The position numbers were made by a program, and so were the translations under genes. Under the pieces are notes generated by a model, which made no database searches, was not told where the DNA came from, and saw only the letters and a program-made list of their open reading frames with translations. Shown here one piece after another: positions 39,901 through 54,200 of a DNA stretch of 64,000 bases. The DNA is from Auanema rhodensis (taxonomy: Eukaryota > Animalia > Nematoda), in NCBI GenBank assembly GCA_964057225.1, contig CAXKVF010000079.1, forward strand, positions 310,001 through 374,000, written 5' to 3'. Position 1 is the first letter of the stretch, and the number at the start of each line of letters is the position of its first letter.

Positions 39901-42900
39901 TTTAATTTATGCTAATTAAATGTACACGTGATGTGCACTTGGTATGTAACTCGCTTCACGTGAAAGAGAAAGAGATGAGGTTTTCAAAATTAGATTCCCC
40001 ATGTCCATATTAGTCTAAAAACAAATTTTTATTGATATTGGTGCATGGTAACCATGACTTTGAAATTTACGTGAACTTTAATTTATGCTAATTAAATGTA
40101 CACGTGATGTGCACTTGGTATGTAACTCGCTTCACGTGAAAGAGAAAGAGATGAGGTTTTCAAAATTAGATTCCCCATGTCCATATTAGTCTAAAAACAA
40201 ATTTTTATTGATATTGGTGCATGGTAACCATGACTTTGAAATTTACGTGAACTTTAATTTATGCTAATTAAATGTACACGTGATGTGCACTTGGTATGTA
40301 ACTCGCTTCACGTGAAAGATAAAGAGATGCGGTTTTCACAATTTGATTCCCCATGTCCATATTAGTCTAAAAACAAATTTTTATTGATATTGGTTCATGG
40401 TAATAATGACTTTGAAATTTACGTGAACTTTAATTTATGCTAATTAAATGTACACGTGATGTGCACTTGGTATGTAACTCGCTTCACGTGAAAGATAAAG
40501 AGATGCGGTTTTCAAAATTAGATTCCCCATGTCCATATTAGTCTAAAAACAAATTTTTATTGATATTGGTTCATGGTAACCATGTCTTTGAAATTTACGT
40601 GAACTTTAATTTATGCTAATTAAATGTACACGTGATGTGCACTTGGTATGTAACTCGCTTCACGTGAAAGATAAAGAGATGAGGTTTTCGAAATTAGATT
40701 CCCCATGTCCATATTAGTCTAAAAACAAATTTTTATTGATATTGGTGCATGGTAACCATGACTTTGAAATTTACGTGAACTTTAATTTATGCTAATTAAA
40801 TGTACACGTGATGTGCACGTGGTATGTAACTCGCTTCACGTGAAAGAGAAAGAGATGCGGTTTACAAAATTAGATTCCCCATGTCCATATTAGTCTAAAA
40901 ACAAATTTTTATTGATATTGGTTCATGGTAACTATGACTTTGAAATTTACGTGAACTTTAATTTATGCTGATTAAATGTACACGTGATGTGCACTTGGTA
41001 TGTAACTCGCTTCACGTGAAAGATAAAGAGATGCGGTTTTCAAAATTAGATTCCCCATGTCCATATTAGTCTAAAAACAACTTTTTATTGATATTGGTGC
41101 ATGGTAACCTTGACTTTGAAATTTACGTGAACTTTAATTCATGCTAATTATATGTACACGTGTTGTGCACTTGGTATGTAACTCGCTTCACGTGAAAGAT
41201 AAAGAGATGCGGTTTTCAAAATTAGATTCCCCATGTCCATATTAGTCTAAACACAAATTTTTATTGATATTGGTTCATGGTAACCATGACTTTGAAATTT
41301 ACGTGAACTTTAATTTATGCTAATTAAATGTACACGTGATGTGCCCTTGGTATGTAACTCGCTTCACGTGAAAGATAAAGAGATGCGGTTTTCAAAATTA
41401 TATTCCCCATGTCCATATTAGTTTAAAAACAAATTTTTATTGATATTAGTGCATGGTAACCATGACTTTGAAATTTACGTGAACTTTAATTTATGCTAAT
41501 TAAATGTACACGTGATGTGCACTCGGTATGTAACTCGCTTCACGTGAAAGATAAAGAGATGCGGTTTTCACAATTTGATTCCCCATGTCCATATTAGTCT
41601 AAATACAAATTTTTATTGATATTGGTTCATGGTAACCATGTCTTTGAAATTTACGTGAACTTTAATTTATGCTAATTAAATGTACACGTGATGTGCACTT
41701 GGTATGTAACTCGCTTCACGTGAAAGAGAAAGAGATGAGGTTTTCAAAATTAGATTCCCCATGTCCATATTAGTCTAAAAACAAATTTTTATTGATATTG
41801 GTGCATGGTAACCATGACTTTGAAATTTACGTGAACTTTAATTTATGCTGATTAAATGTACACGTGATGTGCACTTGGTATGTAACTCGCTTCACGTGAA
41901 AGAGAAAGAGATGCGGTTTACAAAATTAGATTCCCCATGTCCATATTAGTCTAAAAACAAATTTTTATTGATATTGGTTCATGGTAACCATGACTTTGAA
42001 ATTTACGTGAACTTTAATTTATGCTGATTAAATGTACACGTGATGTGCACTTGGTATGTAACTCGCTTCACGTGAAAGATAAAGAGATGCGGTTTTCAAA
42101 ATTAGATTCCCCATGTCCATATTAGTCTAAAAACAACTTTTTATTGATATTGGTGCATGGTAACCTTGACTTTGAAATTTACGTGAACTTTAATTCATGC
42201 TAATTATATGTACACGTGTTGTGCACTTGGTATGTAACTCGCTTCACGTGAAAGATAAAGAGATGCGGTTTTCAAAATTAGATTCCCCATGTCCATATTA
42301 GTCTAAACACAAATTTTTATTGATATTGGTTCATGGTAACCATGACTTTGAAATTTACGTGAACTTTAATTTATGCTAATTAAATGTACACGTGATGTGC
42401 CCTTGGTATGTAACTCGCTTCACGTGAAAGATAAAGAGATGCGGTTTTCAAAATTATATTCCCCATGTCCATATTAGTTTAAAAACAAATTTTTATTGAT
42501 ATTAGTGCATGGTAACCATGACTTTGAAATTTACGTGAACTTTAATTTATGCTAATTAAATGTACACGTGATGTGCACTCGGTATGTAACTCGCTTCACG
42601 TGAAAGATAAAGAGATGCGGTTTTCACAATTTGATTCCCCATGTCCATATTAGTCTAAATACAAATTTTTATTGATATTGGTTCATGGTAACCATGTCTT
42701 TGAAATTTACGTGAACTTTAATTTATGCTAATTAAATGTACACGTGATGTGCACTTGGTATGTAACTCGCTTCACGTGAAAGAGAAAGAGATGAGGTTTT
42801 CAAAATTAGATTCCCCATGTCCATATTAGTCTAAAAACAAATTTTTATTGATATTGGTGCATGGTAACCATGACTTTGAAATTTACGTGAACTTTAATTT

Positions 42901-45900
42901 ATGCTGATTAAATGTACACGTGATGTGCACTTGGTATGTAACTCGCTTCACGTGAAAGAGAAAGAGATGCGGTTTACAAAATTAGATTCCCCATGTCCAT
43001 ATTAGTCTAAAAACAAATTTTTATTGATATTGGTTCATGGTAACCATGACTTTGAAATTTACGTGAACTTTAATTTATGCTGATTAAATGTACACGTGAT
43101 GTGCACTTGGTATGTAACTCGCTTCACGTGAAAGATAAAGAGATGCGGTTTTCAAAATTAGATTCCCCATGTCCATATTAGTCTAAAAACAACTTTTTAT
43201 TGATATTGGTGCATGGTAACCTTGACTTTGAAATTTACGTGAACTTTAATTCATGCTAATTATATGTACACGTGTTGTGCACTTGGTATGTAACTCGCTT
43301 CACGTGAAAGATAAAGAGATGCGGTTTTCAAAATTAGATTCCCCATGTCCATATTAGTCTAAACACAAATTTTTATTGATATTGGTTCATGGTAACCATG
43401 ACTTTGAAATTTACGTGAACTTTAATTTATGCTAATTAAATGTACACGTGATGTGCACTTGGTATGTAACTCGCTTCACGTGAAAGATAAAGAGATGCGG
43501 TTTTCAAAATTAGATTCCCCATGTCCATATTAGTCTAAAAACAAATTTTTATTGATATTGGTGCATGGTAACCATGACTTTGAAATTTACGTGAACTTTA
43601 ATTCATGCTAATTAAATGTACACGTGATGTGCCCTTGGTATGTAACTCGCTTCACGTGAAAGATAAAGAGATGCGGTTTTCAAAATTATATTCCCCATGT
43701 CCATATTAGTTTAAAAACAAATTTTTATTGATATTAGTGCATGGTAACCATGACTTTGAAATTTACGTGAACTTTAATTTATGCTAATTAAATGTACACG
43801 TGATGTGCACTCGGTATGTAACTCGCTTCACGTGAAAGATAAAGAGATGCGGTTTTCACAATTTGATTCCCCATGTCCATATTAGTCTAAAAACAAATTT
43901 TTATTGATATTGGTTCATGGTAATAATGACTTTGAAATTTACGTGAACTTTAATTTATGCTAATTAAATGTACACGTGATGTGCACTCGGTATGTAACTC
44001 GCTTCACGTGAAAGATAAAGAGATGCGGTTTTCACAATTTGATTCCCCATGTCCATATTAGTCTAAAAACAAATTTTTATTGATATTGGTTCATGGTAAT
44101 AATGACTTTGAAATTTACGTGAACTTTAATTTATGCTAATTAAATGTACACGTGATGTGCACTTGGTATGTAACTCGCTTCACGTGAAAGATAAAGAGAT
44201 GCGGTTTTCAAAATTAGATTCCCCATGTCCATATTAGTCTAAAAACAAATTTTTATTGATATTGGTTCATGGTAACCATGTCTTTGAAATTTACGTGAAC
44301 TTTAATTTATGCTAATTAAATGTACACGTGATGTGCACTTGGTATGTAACTCGCTTCACGTGAAAGATAAAGAGATGAGGTTTTCGAAATTAGATTCCCC
44401 ATGTCCATATTAGTCTAAAAACAAATTTTTATTGATATTGGTGCATGGTAACCATGACTTTGAAATTTACGTGAACTTTAATTTATGCTAATTAAATGTA
44501 CACGTGATGTGCACGTGGTATGTAACTCGCTTCACGTGAAAGAGAAAGAGATGCGGTTTACAAAATTAGATTCCCCATGTCCATATTAGTCTAAAAACAA
44601 ATTTTTATTGATATTGGTTCATGGTAACTATGACTTTGAAATTTACGTGAACTTTAATTTATGCTGATTAAATGTACACGTGATGTGCACTTGGTATGTA
44701 ACTCGCTTCACGTGAAAGATAAAGAGATGCGGTTTTCAAAATTAGATTCCCCATGTCCATATTAGTCTAAAAACAACTTTTTATTGATATTGGTGCATGG
44801 TAACCTTGACTTTGAAATTTACGTGAACTTTAATTCATGCTAATTATATGTACACGTGTTGTGCACTTGGTATGTAACTCGCTTCACGTGAAAGATAAAG
44901 AGATGCGGTTTTCAAAATTAGATTCCCCATGTCCATATTAGTCTAAACACAAATTTTTATTGATATTGGTTCATGGTAACCATGACTTTGAAATTTACGT
45001 GAACTTTAATTTATGCTAATTAAATGTACACGTGATGTGCCCTTGGTATGTAACTCGCTTCACGTGAAAGATAAAGAGATGCGGTTTTCAAAATTATATT
45101 CCCCATGTCCATATTAGTTTAAAAACAAATTTTTATTGATATTAGTGCATGGTAACCATGACTTTGAAATTTACGTGAACTTTAATTTATGCTAATTAAA
45201 TGTACACGTGATGTGCACTCGGTATGTAACTCGCTTCACGTGAAAGATAAAGAGATGCGGTTTTCACAATTTGATTCCCCATGTCCATATTAGTCTAAAT
45301 ACAAATTTTTATTGATATTGGTTCATGGTAACCATGTCTTTGAAATTTACGTGAACTTTAATTTATGCTAATTAAATGTACACGTGATGTGCACTTGGTA
45401 TGTAACTCGCTTCACGTGAAAGAGAAAGAGATGAGGTTTTCAAAATTAGATTCCCCATGTCCATATTAGTCTAAAAACAAATTTTTATTGATATTGGTGC
45501 ATGGTAACCATGACTTTGAAATTTACGTGAACTTTAATTTATGCTGATTAAATGTACACGTGATGTGCACTTGGTATGTAACTCGCTTCACGTGAAAGAG
45601 AAAGAGATGCGGTTTACAAAATTAGATTCCCCATGTCCATATTAGTCTAAAAACAAATTTTTATTGATATTGGTTCATGGTAACCATGACTTTGAAATTT
45701 ACGTGAACTTTAATTTATGCTGATTAAATGTACACGTGATGTGCACTTGGTATGTAACTCGCTTCACGTGAAAGATAAAGAGATGCGGTTTTCAAAATTA
45801 GATTCCCCATGTCCATATTAGTCTAAAAACAACTTTTTATTGATATTGGTGCATGGTAACCTTGACTTTGAAATTTACGTGAACTTTAATTCATGCTAAT

Positions 45901-46635
45901 TATATGTACACGTGTTGTGCACTTGGTATGTAACTCGCTTCACGTGAAAGATAAAGAGATGCGGTTTTCAAAATTAGATTCCCCATGTCCATATTAGTCT
46001 AAACACAAATTTTTATTGATATTGGTTCATGGTAACCATGACTTTGAAATTTACGTGAACTTTAATTTATGCTAATTAAATGTACACGTGATGTGCACTT
46101 GGTATGTAACTCGCTTCACGTGAAAGATAAAGAGATGCGGTTTTCAAAATTAGATTCCCCATGTCCATATTAGTCTAAAAACAAATTTTTATTGATATTG
46201 GTGCATGGTAACCATGACTTTGAAATTTACGTGAACTTTAATTCATGCTAATTAAATGTACACGTGATGTGCCCTTGGTATGTAACTCGCTTCACGTGAA
46301 AGATAAAGAGATGAGGTTTTCAAAATTATATTCCCCATGTCCATATTAGTTTAAAAACAAATTTTTATTGATATTAGTGCATGGTAACCATGACTTTGAA
46401 ATTTACGTGAACTTTAATTTATGCTAATTAAATGTACACGTGATGTGCACTCGGTATGTAACTCGCTTCACGTGAAAGATAAAGAGATGCGGTTTTCACA
46501 ATTTGATTCCCCATGTCCATATTAGTCTAAAAACAAATTTTTATTGATATTGGTTCATGGTAATAATGACTTTGAAATTTACGTGAACTTTAATTTATGC
46601 TAATTAAATGTACACGTGATGTGCACTTGGTATGT
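33964..46635. repeat. Higher-order repeat domain built from a 9-mer (1584 bp) and its 6/7-mer derivatives
   Basis: The diagnostic monomer (78C, 96G, AACCTTG, 137C, ATTATATG, CGTGTTG) starts at 35020, 36604, 37660, 39244, 41004, 42060, 43116, 44700 and 45756. The spacings are 9,6,9,10,6,6,9,6 monomers. Confidence 0.9.
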
Positions 46636-49600
46636 AACTCGCTTCACGTGAAAGATAAAAAGATGCGGTTTTCAAAATTAGATTCCCCATGTCCATATCA
46701 GTTTAAAAACAAATTTTTATTGATATTGGTGCATGGTAACCATGACTTTGAAATTTACGTGAACTTTAATTTATGCTCATTAAATGTACACGTGATGTGC
46801 ACTTGGTATGTAACTCGCTTCACGTAAAAGATGAAGAGATGCGGTTTCCAAAATTAGATTCCCCATGTCCATATTAGTCTAAAAACAAATTTTTATTGAT
46901 ATTGGTTCATGGTAACCATGTCTTTGAAATTTACGTGAACTTTAATTTATGCTAATTAAATGTACACGTGATGTGCACTTGGTATGTAACTCGCTTCACG
47001 TAAAAGATGAAGAGATGCGGTTTTCAAAATTAGATTCCCCATGTCCATATTAGTTTAAAAACAAATTTTTATTGATATTGGTGCATGGTAACCATGACTT
47101 TGAAATTTACGTGAACTTTAATTCATGCTAATTAAATGTACACGTGATGTGCACTTGGTATGTAACTCGCTTCACGTAAAAGATAAAGAGATGCGGTTTT
47201 CAAAATTAGATTCCCCATGTCCATATTAGTCTAAAAACAAATTTTTATTGATATTGGTGCATGGTAACCATGACTTTGAAATTTACGTGAACTTTAATTT
47301 ATGCTAATTAAATGTACACGTGATGTGCACTTGGTATGTAACTCGCTTCACGTAAAAGATAAAGAGATGCGGTTTTCAAAATTATATTCCCCATGTCCAT
47401 ATTAGTTTAAAAACAAAATTTTATTGATATTGGTGCATGGTAACCATGACTTTGAAATTTACGTGAACTTTAATTCATGCTAATTAAATGTACACGTGAT
47501 GTGCACTCGGTATGTAACTCGCTTCACGTGAAAGATAAAGAGATGCGGTTTTCACAATTTGATTCCCCATGTCCATATTAGTCTAAAAACAAATTTTTAT
47601 TGATATTGGTTCATGTTAACCATGACTTTGAAATTTACGTGAACTTTAATTTATGCTAATTAAATGTACACGTGATGTGCACTTGGTATGTAACTCGCTT
47701 CACTTGAAAGATAAAAAGATGCGGTTTTCAAAATTAGATTCCCCATGTCCATATTAGTTTAAAAACAAATTTTTATTGATATTGGTGCATGGTAACCATG
47801 ACTTTGAAATTTACGTGAACTTTAATTTATGCTTATTAAATGTACACGTGATGTGCACTTGGTATGTAACTCGCTTCACGTAAAAGATGAAGAGATGCGG
47901 TTTCCAAAATTAGATTCCCCATGTCCATATTAGTCTAAAAACAAATTTTTATTGATATTGGTTCATGGTAACCATGTCTTTGAAATTTACGTGAACTTTA
48001 ATTTATGCTAATTAAATGTACACGTGATGTGCACTTGGTATGTAACTCGCTTCACGTAAAAGATGAAGAGATGCGGTTTTCAAAATTAGATTCCCCATGT
48101 CCATATTAGTTTAAAAACAAATTTTTATTGATATTGGTGCATGGTAACCATGACTTTGAAATTTACGTGAACTTTAATTCATGCTAATTAAATGTACACG
48201 TGATGTGCACTTGGTATGTAACTCGCTTCACGTAAAAGATAAAGAGATGCGGTTTTCAAAATTATATTCCCCATGTCCATAATAGTTTAAAAACAAATTT
48301 TTATTGATATTGGTTCATGGTAACCATGACTTTGAAATTTACGTGATTTTTAATTTATGCTAATTAAATGTACACGTGATGTGCACTTGGTATGTAACTC
48401 GCTTCACGTGAAAGATAAAGAGATGCGGTTTTCAAAATTAGATTCCCCATGTCCATATTAGTCTAAAAACAAATTTTTATTGATATTGGTTCATGGTAAC
48501 CATGACTTTGAAATTTACGTGAACTTTAATTTATGCTAATTAAATGTACACGTGATGTGCACTTGGTATGTAACTCGCTTCACGTGAAAGATAAAGAGAT
48601 GCAGTTTTCAAAATAAAATTCCCCATGTCCATATTAGTTTAAAAACAAATTTTTATTGATATTGGTGCATGGTAACCATGACTTTGAAATTTACGTGAAC
48701 TTTAATTCATGCTAATTAAATGTACACGTGATGTGCACTTGGTATGTAACTCGCTTCACGTGAAAGATAAAGAGATGCGGTTTTCAAAATTAGATTCCCC
48801 ATGTCCATATTAGTCTAAAAACAAATTTTTATTGATATTGGTTCATGGTAACCATGTCTTTGAAATTTACGTGAACTTTAATTTATGCTAATTAAATGTA
48901 CACGTGATGTGCACTTGGTATGTAACTCGCTTCACGTGAAAGATAAAGAGATGCGGTTTTCAAAATTAGATTCCCCATGTCCATTTTAGTCTAAAAACAA
49001 CTTTTTATTGATATTGGTTCATGGTAACCATGACTTTGAAATTTACGTGAACTTTAATTTATGCTAATTAAATGTACACGTGATGTGCACTTGGTATGTA
49101 ACTCGCTTCACGTGAAAGATAAAGAGATGCAGTTTTCAAAATTAGATTCCCCATGTCCATATTAGTTTAAAAACAAATTTTTATTGATATTGGTGCATGG
49201 TAACCATGACTTTGAAATTTACGTGAACTTTAATTTATGCTTATTAAATGTACACGTGATGTGCACTTGGTATGTAACTCGCTTCACGTGAAAGATAAAG
49301 AGATGCGGTTTCCAAAATTAGATTCCCCATGGCCATATTAGTCTAAAAACAAATTTTTATTGATATTGGTTCATGGTAACCATGTCTTTGAAATTTACGT
49401 GAACTTTGATTTATGCTAATTAAATGTACACGTGATGTGCACTTGGTATGTAACTCGCTTCACGTGAAAGATAAAGAGATGCGGTTTTCAAAATTAGATT
49501 CCCCATGTCCATATTAGTCTAAAAACAAATTTTTATTAATATTGGTTCATGGTAACCATGTCTTTGAAATTTACGTGAACTTTAATTTATGCTAATTAAA

Positions 49601-51211
49601 TGTACACGTGATGTGCACTTGGTATGTAACTCGCTTCACGTGAAAGATAAAGAGATGCGGTTTTCAAAATTAGATTCCCCATGTCCATATTAGTCTAAAA
49701 ACAACTTTTTATTGATATTGGTTCATGGTAACCATGACATTGAAATTTACGTGAACTTTAATTCATGCTAATTAAATGTACACGTGATGTGCACTTGTTA
49801 TGTAACTCGCTTCACGTGAAAGATGAAGAGATGCGGTTTTCAAAATTAGATTCCCCATGTCCATATTAGTCTAAAAACAAATTTTTATTGATATTAGTGC
49901 ATGGTAACCATGACTTTGAAATTTACGTGAACTTTAATTTATGCTAATTAAATGTACACGTGATGTGCACTTGGTATGTAACTCGCTTCACGTGAAAGAT
50001 AAAGAGATGCGGTTTTCAAAATTAGATTCCCCATGTCCATATTAGTCTAAAAACAACTTTTTATTGATATTGGTTCATGGTAACCATGACATTGAAATTT
50101 ACGTGAACTTTAATTCATGCTAATTAAATGTACACGTGATGTGCACTTGTTATGTAACTCGCTTCACGTGAAAGATGAAGAGATGCGGTTTTCAAAATTA
50201 GATTCCCCATGTCCATATTAGTCTAAAAACAAATTTTTATTGATATTGGTGCATGGTAACCATGACTTTGAAATTTACGTGAACTTTAATTTATGCTAAT
50301 TAAATGTACACGTGATGTGCACTTGGTATGTAACTCGCTTCACGTGAAAGATAAAGAGATGCGGTTTTCAAAATTAGATTCCCCATGTCCATATTAGTCT
50401 AAAAACAAATTTTTATTGATATTGGTTCATGGTAACCATGACTTTGAAATTTACGTGAACTTTAATTTATGCTAATTAAATGTACACGTGATGTGCACTT
50501 GGTATGTAACTCGCTTCACGTGAAAGATAAAGAGATGCGGTTTTCAAAATTAGATTCCCCATGTTCATATTAGTCTAAAAACAAATTTTTATTGATATTG
50601 GTTCATGGTAACCATGACTTTGAAATTTACGTGAACTTTAATTTATGCTAATTAAATGTACACGTGATGTGCACTTGGTATGTAACTCGCTTCACGTGAA
50701 AGATAAAGAGATGCGGTTTTCAAAATTAAATTCCCCATGTCCATATTAGTCTAAAAACAAATTTTTATTGATATTGGTTCATGGTAACCATGACTTTGAA
50801 ATTTACGTGAACTTTAATTTATGCTAATTAAATGTACACGTGATGTGCACTTGGTATGTAATTCGCTTCACGTGAAAGATAAAGAGATGCGGTTTTCAAA
50901 ATTAGATTCCCCATGTCCATATTAGTTTAAAAACAAATTTTTATTGATATTGGTGCATGGTAACCATGACTTTGAAATTTACGTGAACTTTAATTTATGC
51001 TAATTAAATGTACACGTGATGTGCACTTGGTATGTAACTCGCTTCACGTGAAAGATAAAGAGATGCGGTTTTCAAAATTAGATTCCCCATGTCCATATTA
51101 GTCTAAAAACAAATTTTCATTGATATTGGTTCATGGTAACCATGTCTTTGAAATTTACGTGAACTTTAATTTATGCTAATTAAATGTACACGTGATGTGC
51201 ACTTGGTATGT

Positions 51212-54200
51212 AACTCGCTTCACGTGAAAGATAAAGAGATGCGGTTTTCAAAATTAGATTCCCCATGTCCATATTAGTCTAAAAACAAATTTTTATTGAT
51301 ATTGGTGCATGGTAACCATGACTTTGAAATTTACGTGAACTTTAATTTATGCTAATTAAATGTACACGTGATGTGCACTTGGTATGTAACTCGCTTCACG
51401 TGAAAGATAAAGAGATGCGGTTTTCAAAATTAGATTCCCCATGTCCATATTAGTCTAAAAACAAATTTTCATTGATATTGGTTCATGGTAACCATGTCTT
51501 TGAAATTTACGTGAACTTTAATTTATGCTAATTAAATGTACACGTGATGTGCACTTGGTATGTAACTCGCTTCACGTGAAAGATAAAGAGATGCGGTTTT
51601 CAAAATTAGATTCCCCATGTCCATATTAGTCTAAAAACAAATTTTTATTGATATTGGTGCATGGTAACCATGACTTTGAAATTTACGTGAACTTTAATTT
51701 ATGCTAATTAAATGTACACGTGGTGTGCACTTGGTATGTAACTCGCTTCACGTGAAAGATAAAGAGATGCGGTTTTCAAAATTAGATTCCCCATGTCCAT
51801 ATTAGTTTAAAAACAAATTTTTATTGATATTGGTGCATGGTAACCATGACTTTGAAATTTACGTGAACTTTAATTTATGCTAATTAAATGTACACGTGAT
51901 GTGCACTTGGTATGTAACTCGCTTCACGTGAAAGATAAAGAGATGCGGTTTTCAAAATTAGATTCCCCATGTCCATATTAGTCTAAAAACAAATTTTCAT
52001 TGATATTGGTTCATGGTAACCATGTCTTTGAAATTTACGTGAACTTTAATTTATGCTAATTAAATGTACACGTGATGTGCACTTGGTATGTAACTCGCTT
52101 CACGTGAAAGATAAAGAGATGCGGTTTTCAAAATTAGATTCCCCATGTCCATATTAGTCTAAAAACAAATTTTTATTGATATTGGTGCATGGTAACCATG
52201 ACTTTGAAATTTACGTGAACTTTAATTTATGCTAATTAAATGTACACGTGGTGTGCACTTGGTATGTAACTCGCTTCACGTGAAAGATAAAGAGATGCGG
52301 TTTTCAAAATTAAATTCCCCATGTCCATATTAGTCTAAAAACAAATTTTTATTGATATTGGTTCATGGTAACCATGACTTTGAAATTTACGTGAACTTTA
52401 ATTTATGCTAATTAAATGTACACGTGGTGTGCACTTGGTATGTAACTCGCTTCACGTGAAAGATAAAGAGATGCGGTTTTCAAAATTAGATTCCCCATGT
52501 CCATATTAGTCTAAAAACAAATTTTTATTGATATTGGTTCATGGTAACCATGTCTTTGAAATTTACGTGAACTTTAATTTATGCTAATTAAATGTACACG
52601 TGATGTGCACTTGGTATGTAACTCGCTTCACGTGAAAGATAAAGAGATGCGGTTTTCAAAATTAGATTCCCCATGTCCATATTAGTCTAAAAACAAATTT
52701 TTATTGATATTGGTTCATGGTAACCATGTCTTTGAAATTTACGTGAACTTTAATTTATGCTAATTAAATGTACACGTGATGTGCACTTGGTATGTAACTC
52801 GCTTCACGTGAAAGATAAAGAGATGCGGTTTTCAAAATTAGATTCCCCATGTCCATATTAGTCTAAAAACAAATTTTTATTGATATTGGTGCATGGTAAC
52901 CATGACTTTGAAATTTACGTGAACTTTAATTTATGCTAATTAAATGTACACGTGGTGTGCACTTGGTATGTAACTCGCTTCACGTGAAAGATAAAGAGAT
53001 GCGGTTTTCAAAATTAGATTCCCCATGTCCATATTAGTTTACAAACAAATTTTTATTGATATTGGTGCATGGTAACCATGACTTTGAAATTTACGTGAAC
53101 TTTAATTTATGCTAATTAAATGTACACGTGATGTGCACTTGGTATGTAACTCGCTTCACGTGAAAGATAAAGAGATGCGGTTTTCAAAATTAGATTCCCC
53201 ATGTCCATATTAGTCTAAAAACAAATTTTCATTGATATTGGTTCATGGTAACCATGTCTTTGAAATTTACGTGAACTTTAATTTATGCTAATTAAATGTA
53301 CACGTGATGTGCACTTGGTATGTAACTCGCTTCACGTGAAAGATAAAGAGATGCGGTTTTCAAAATTAGATTCCCCATGTCCATATTAGTCTAAAAACAA
53401 ATTTTTATTGATATTGGTGCATGGTAACCATGACTTTGAAATTTACGTGAACTTTAATTTATGCTAATTAAATGTACACGTGGTGTGCACTTGGTATGTA
53501 ACTCGCTTCACGTGAAAGATAAAGAGATGCGGTTTTCAAAATTAAATTCCCCATGTCCATATTAGTCTAAAAACAAATTTTTATTGATATTGGTTCATGG
53601 TAACCATGACTTTGAAATTTACGTGAACTTTAATTTATGCTAATTAAATGTACACGTGGTGTGCACTTGGTATGTAACTCGCTTCACGTGAAAGATAAAG
53701 AGATGCGGTTTTCAAAATTAGATTCCCCATGTCCATATTAGTCTAAAAACAAATTTTTATTGATATTGGTTCATGGTAACCATGTCTTTGAAATTTACGT
53801 GAACTTTAATTTATGCTAATTAAATGTACACGTGATGTGCACTTGGTATGTAACTCGCTTCACGTGAAAGATAAAGAGATGCGGTTTTCAAAATTAGATT
53901 CCCCATGTCCATATTAGTCTAAAAACAAATTTTTATTGATATTGGTGCATGGTAACCATGACTTTGAAATTTACGTGAACTTTAATTTATGCTAATTAAA
54001 TGTACACGTGATGTGCACTTGGTATGTAACTCGCTTCACGTGAAAGATAAAGAGATGCGGTTTTCAAAATTAGATTCCCCATGTCCATATTAGTCTAAAA
54101 ACAAATTTTCATTGATATTGGTTCATGGTAACCATGTCTTTGAAATTTACGTGAACTTTAATTTATGCTAATTAAATGTACACGTGATGTGCACTTGGTA

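Noticed and set aside
46597-46827. 76-aa ORF
   Set aside because: Two chance stop losses (TAG>CAG and TAA>TCA) in a singleton-rich monomer. The tail is just the repeat read in another frame.
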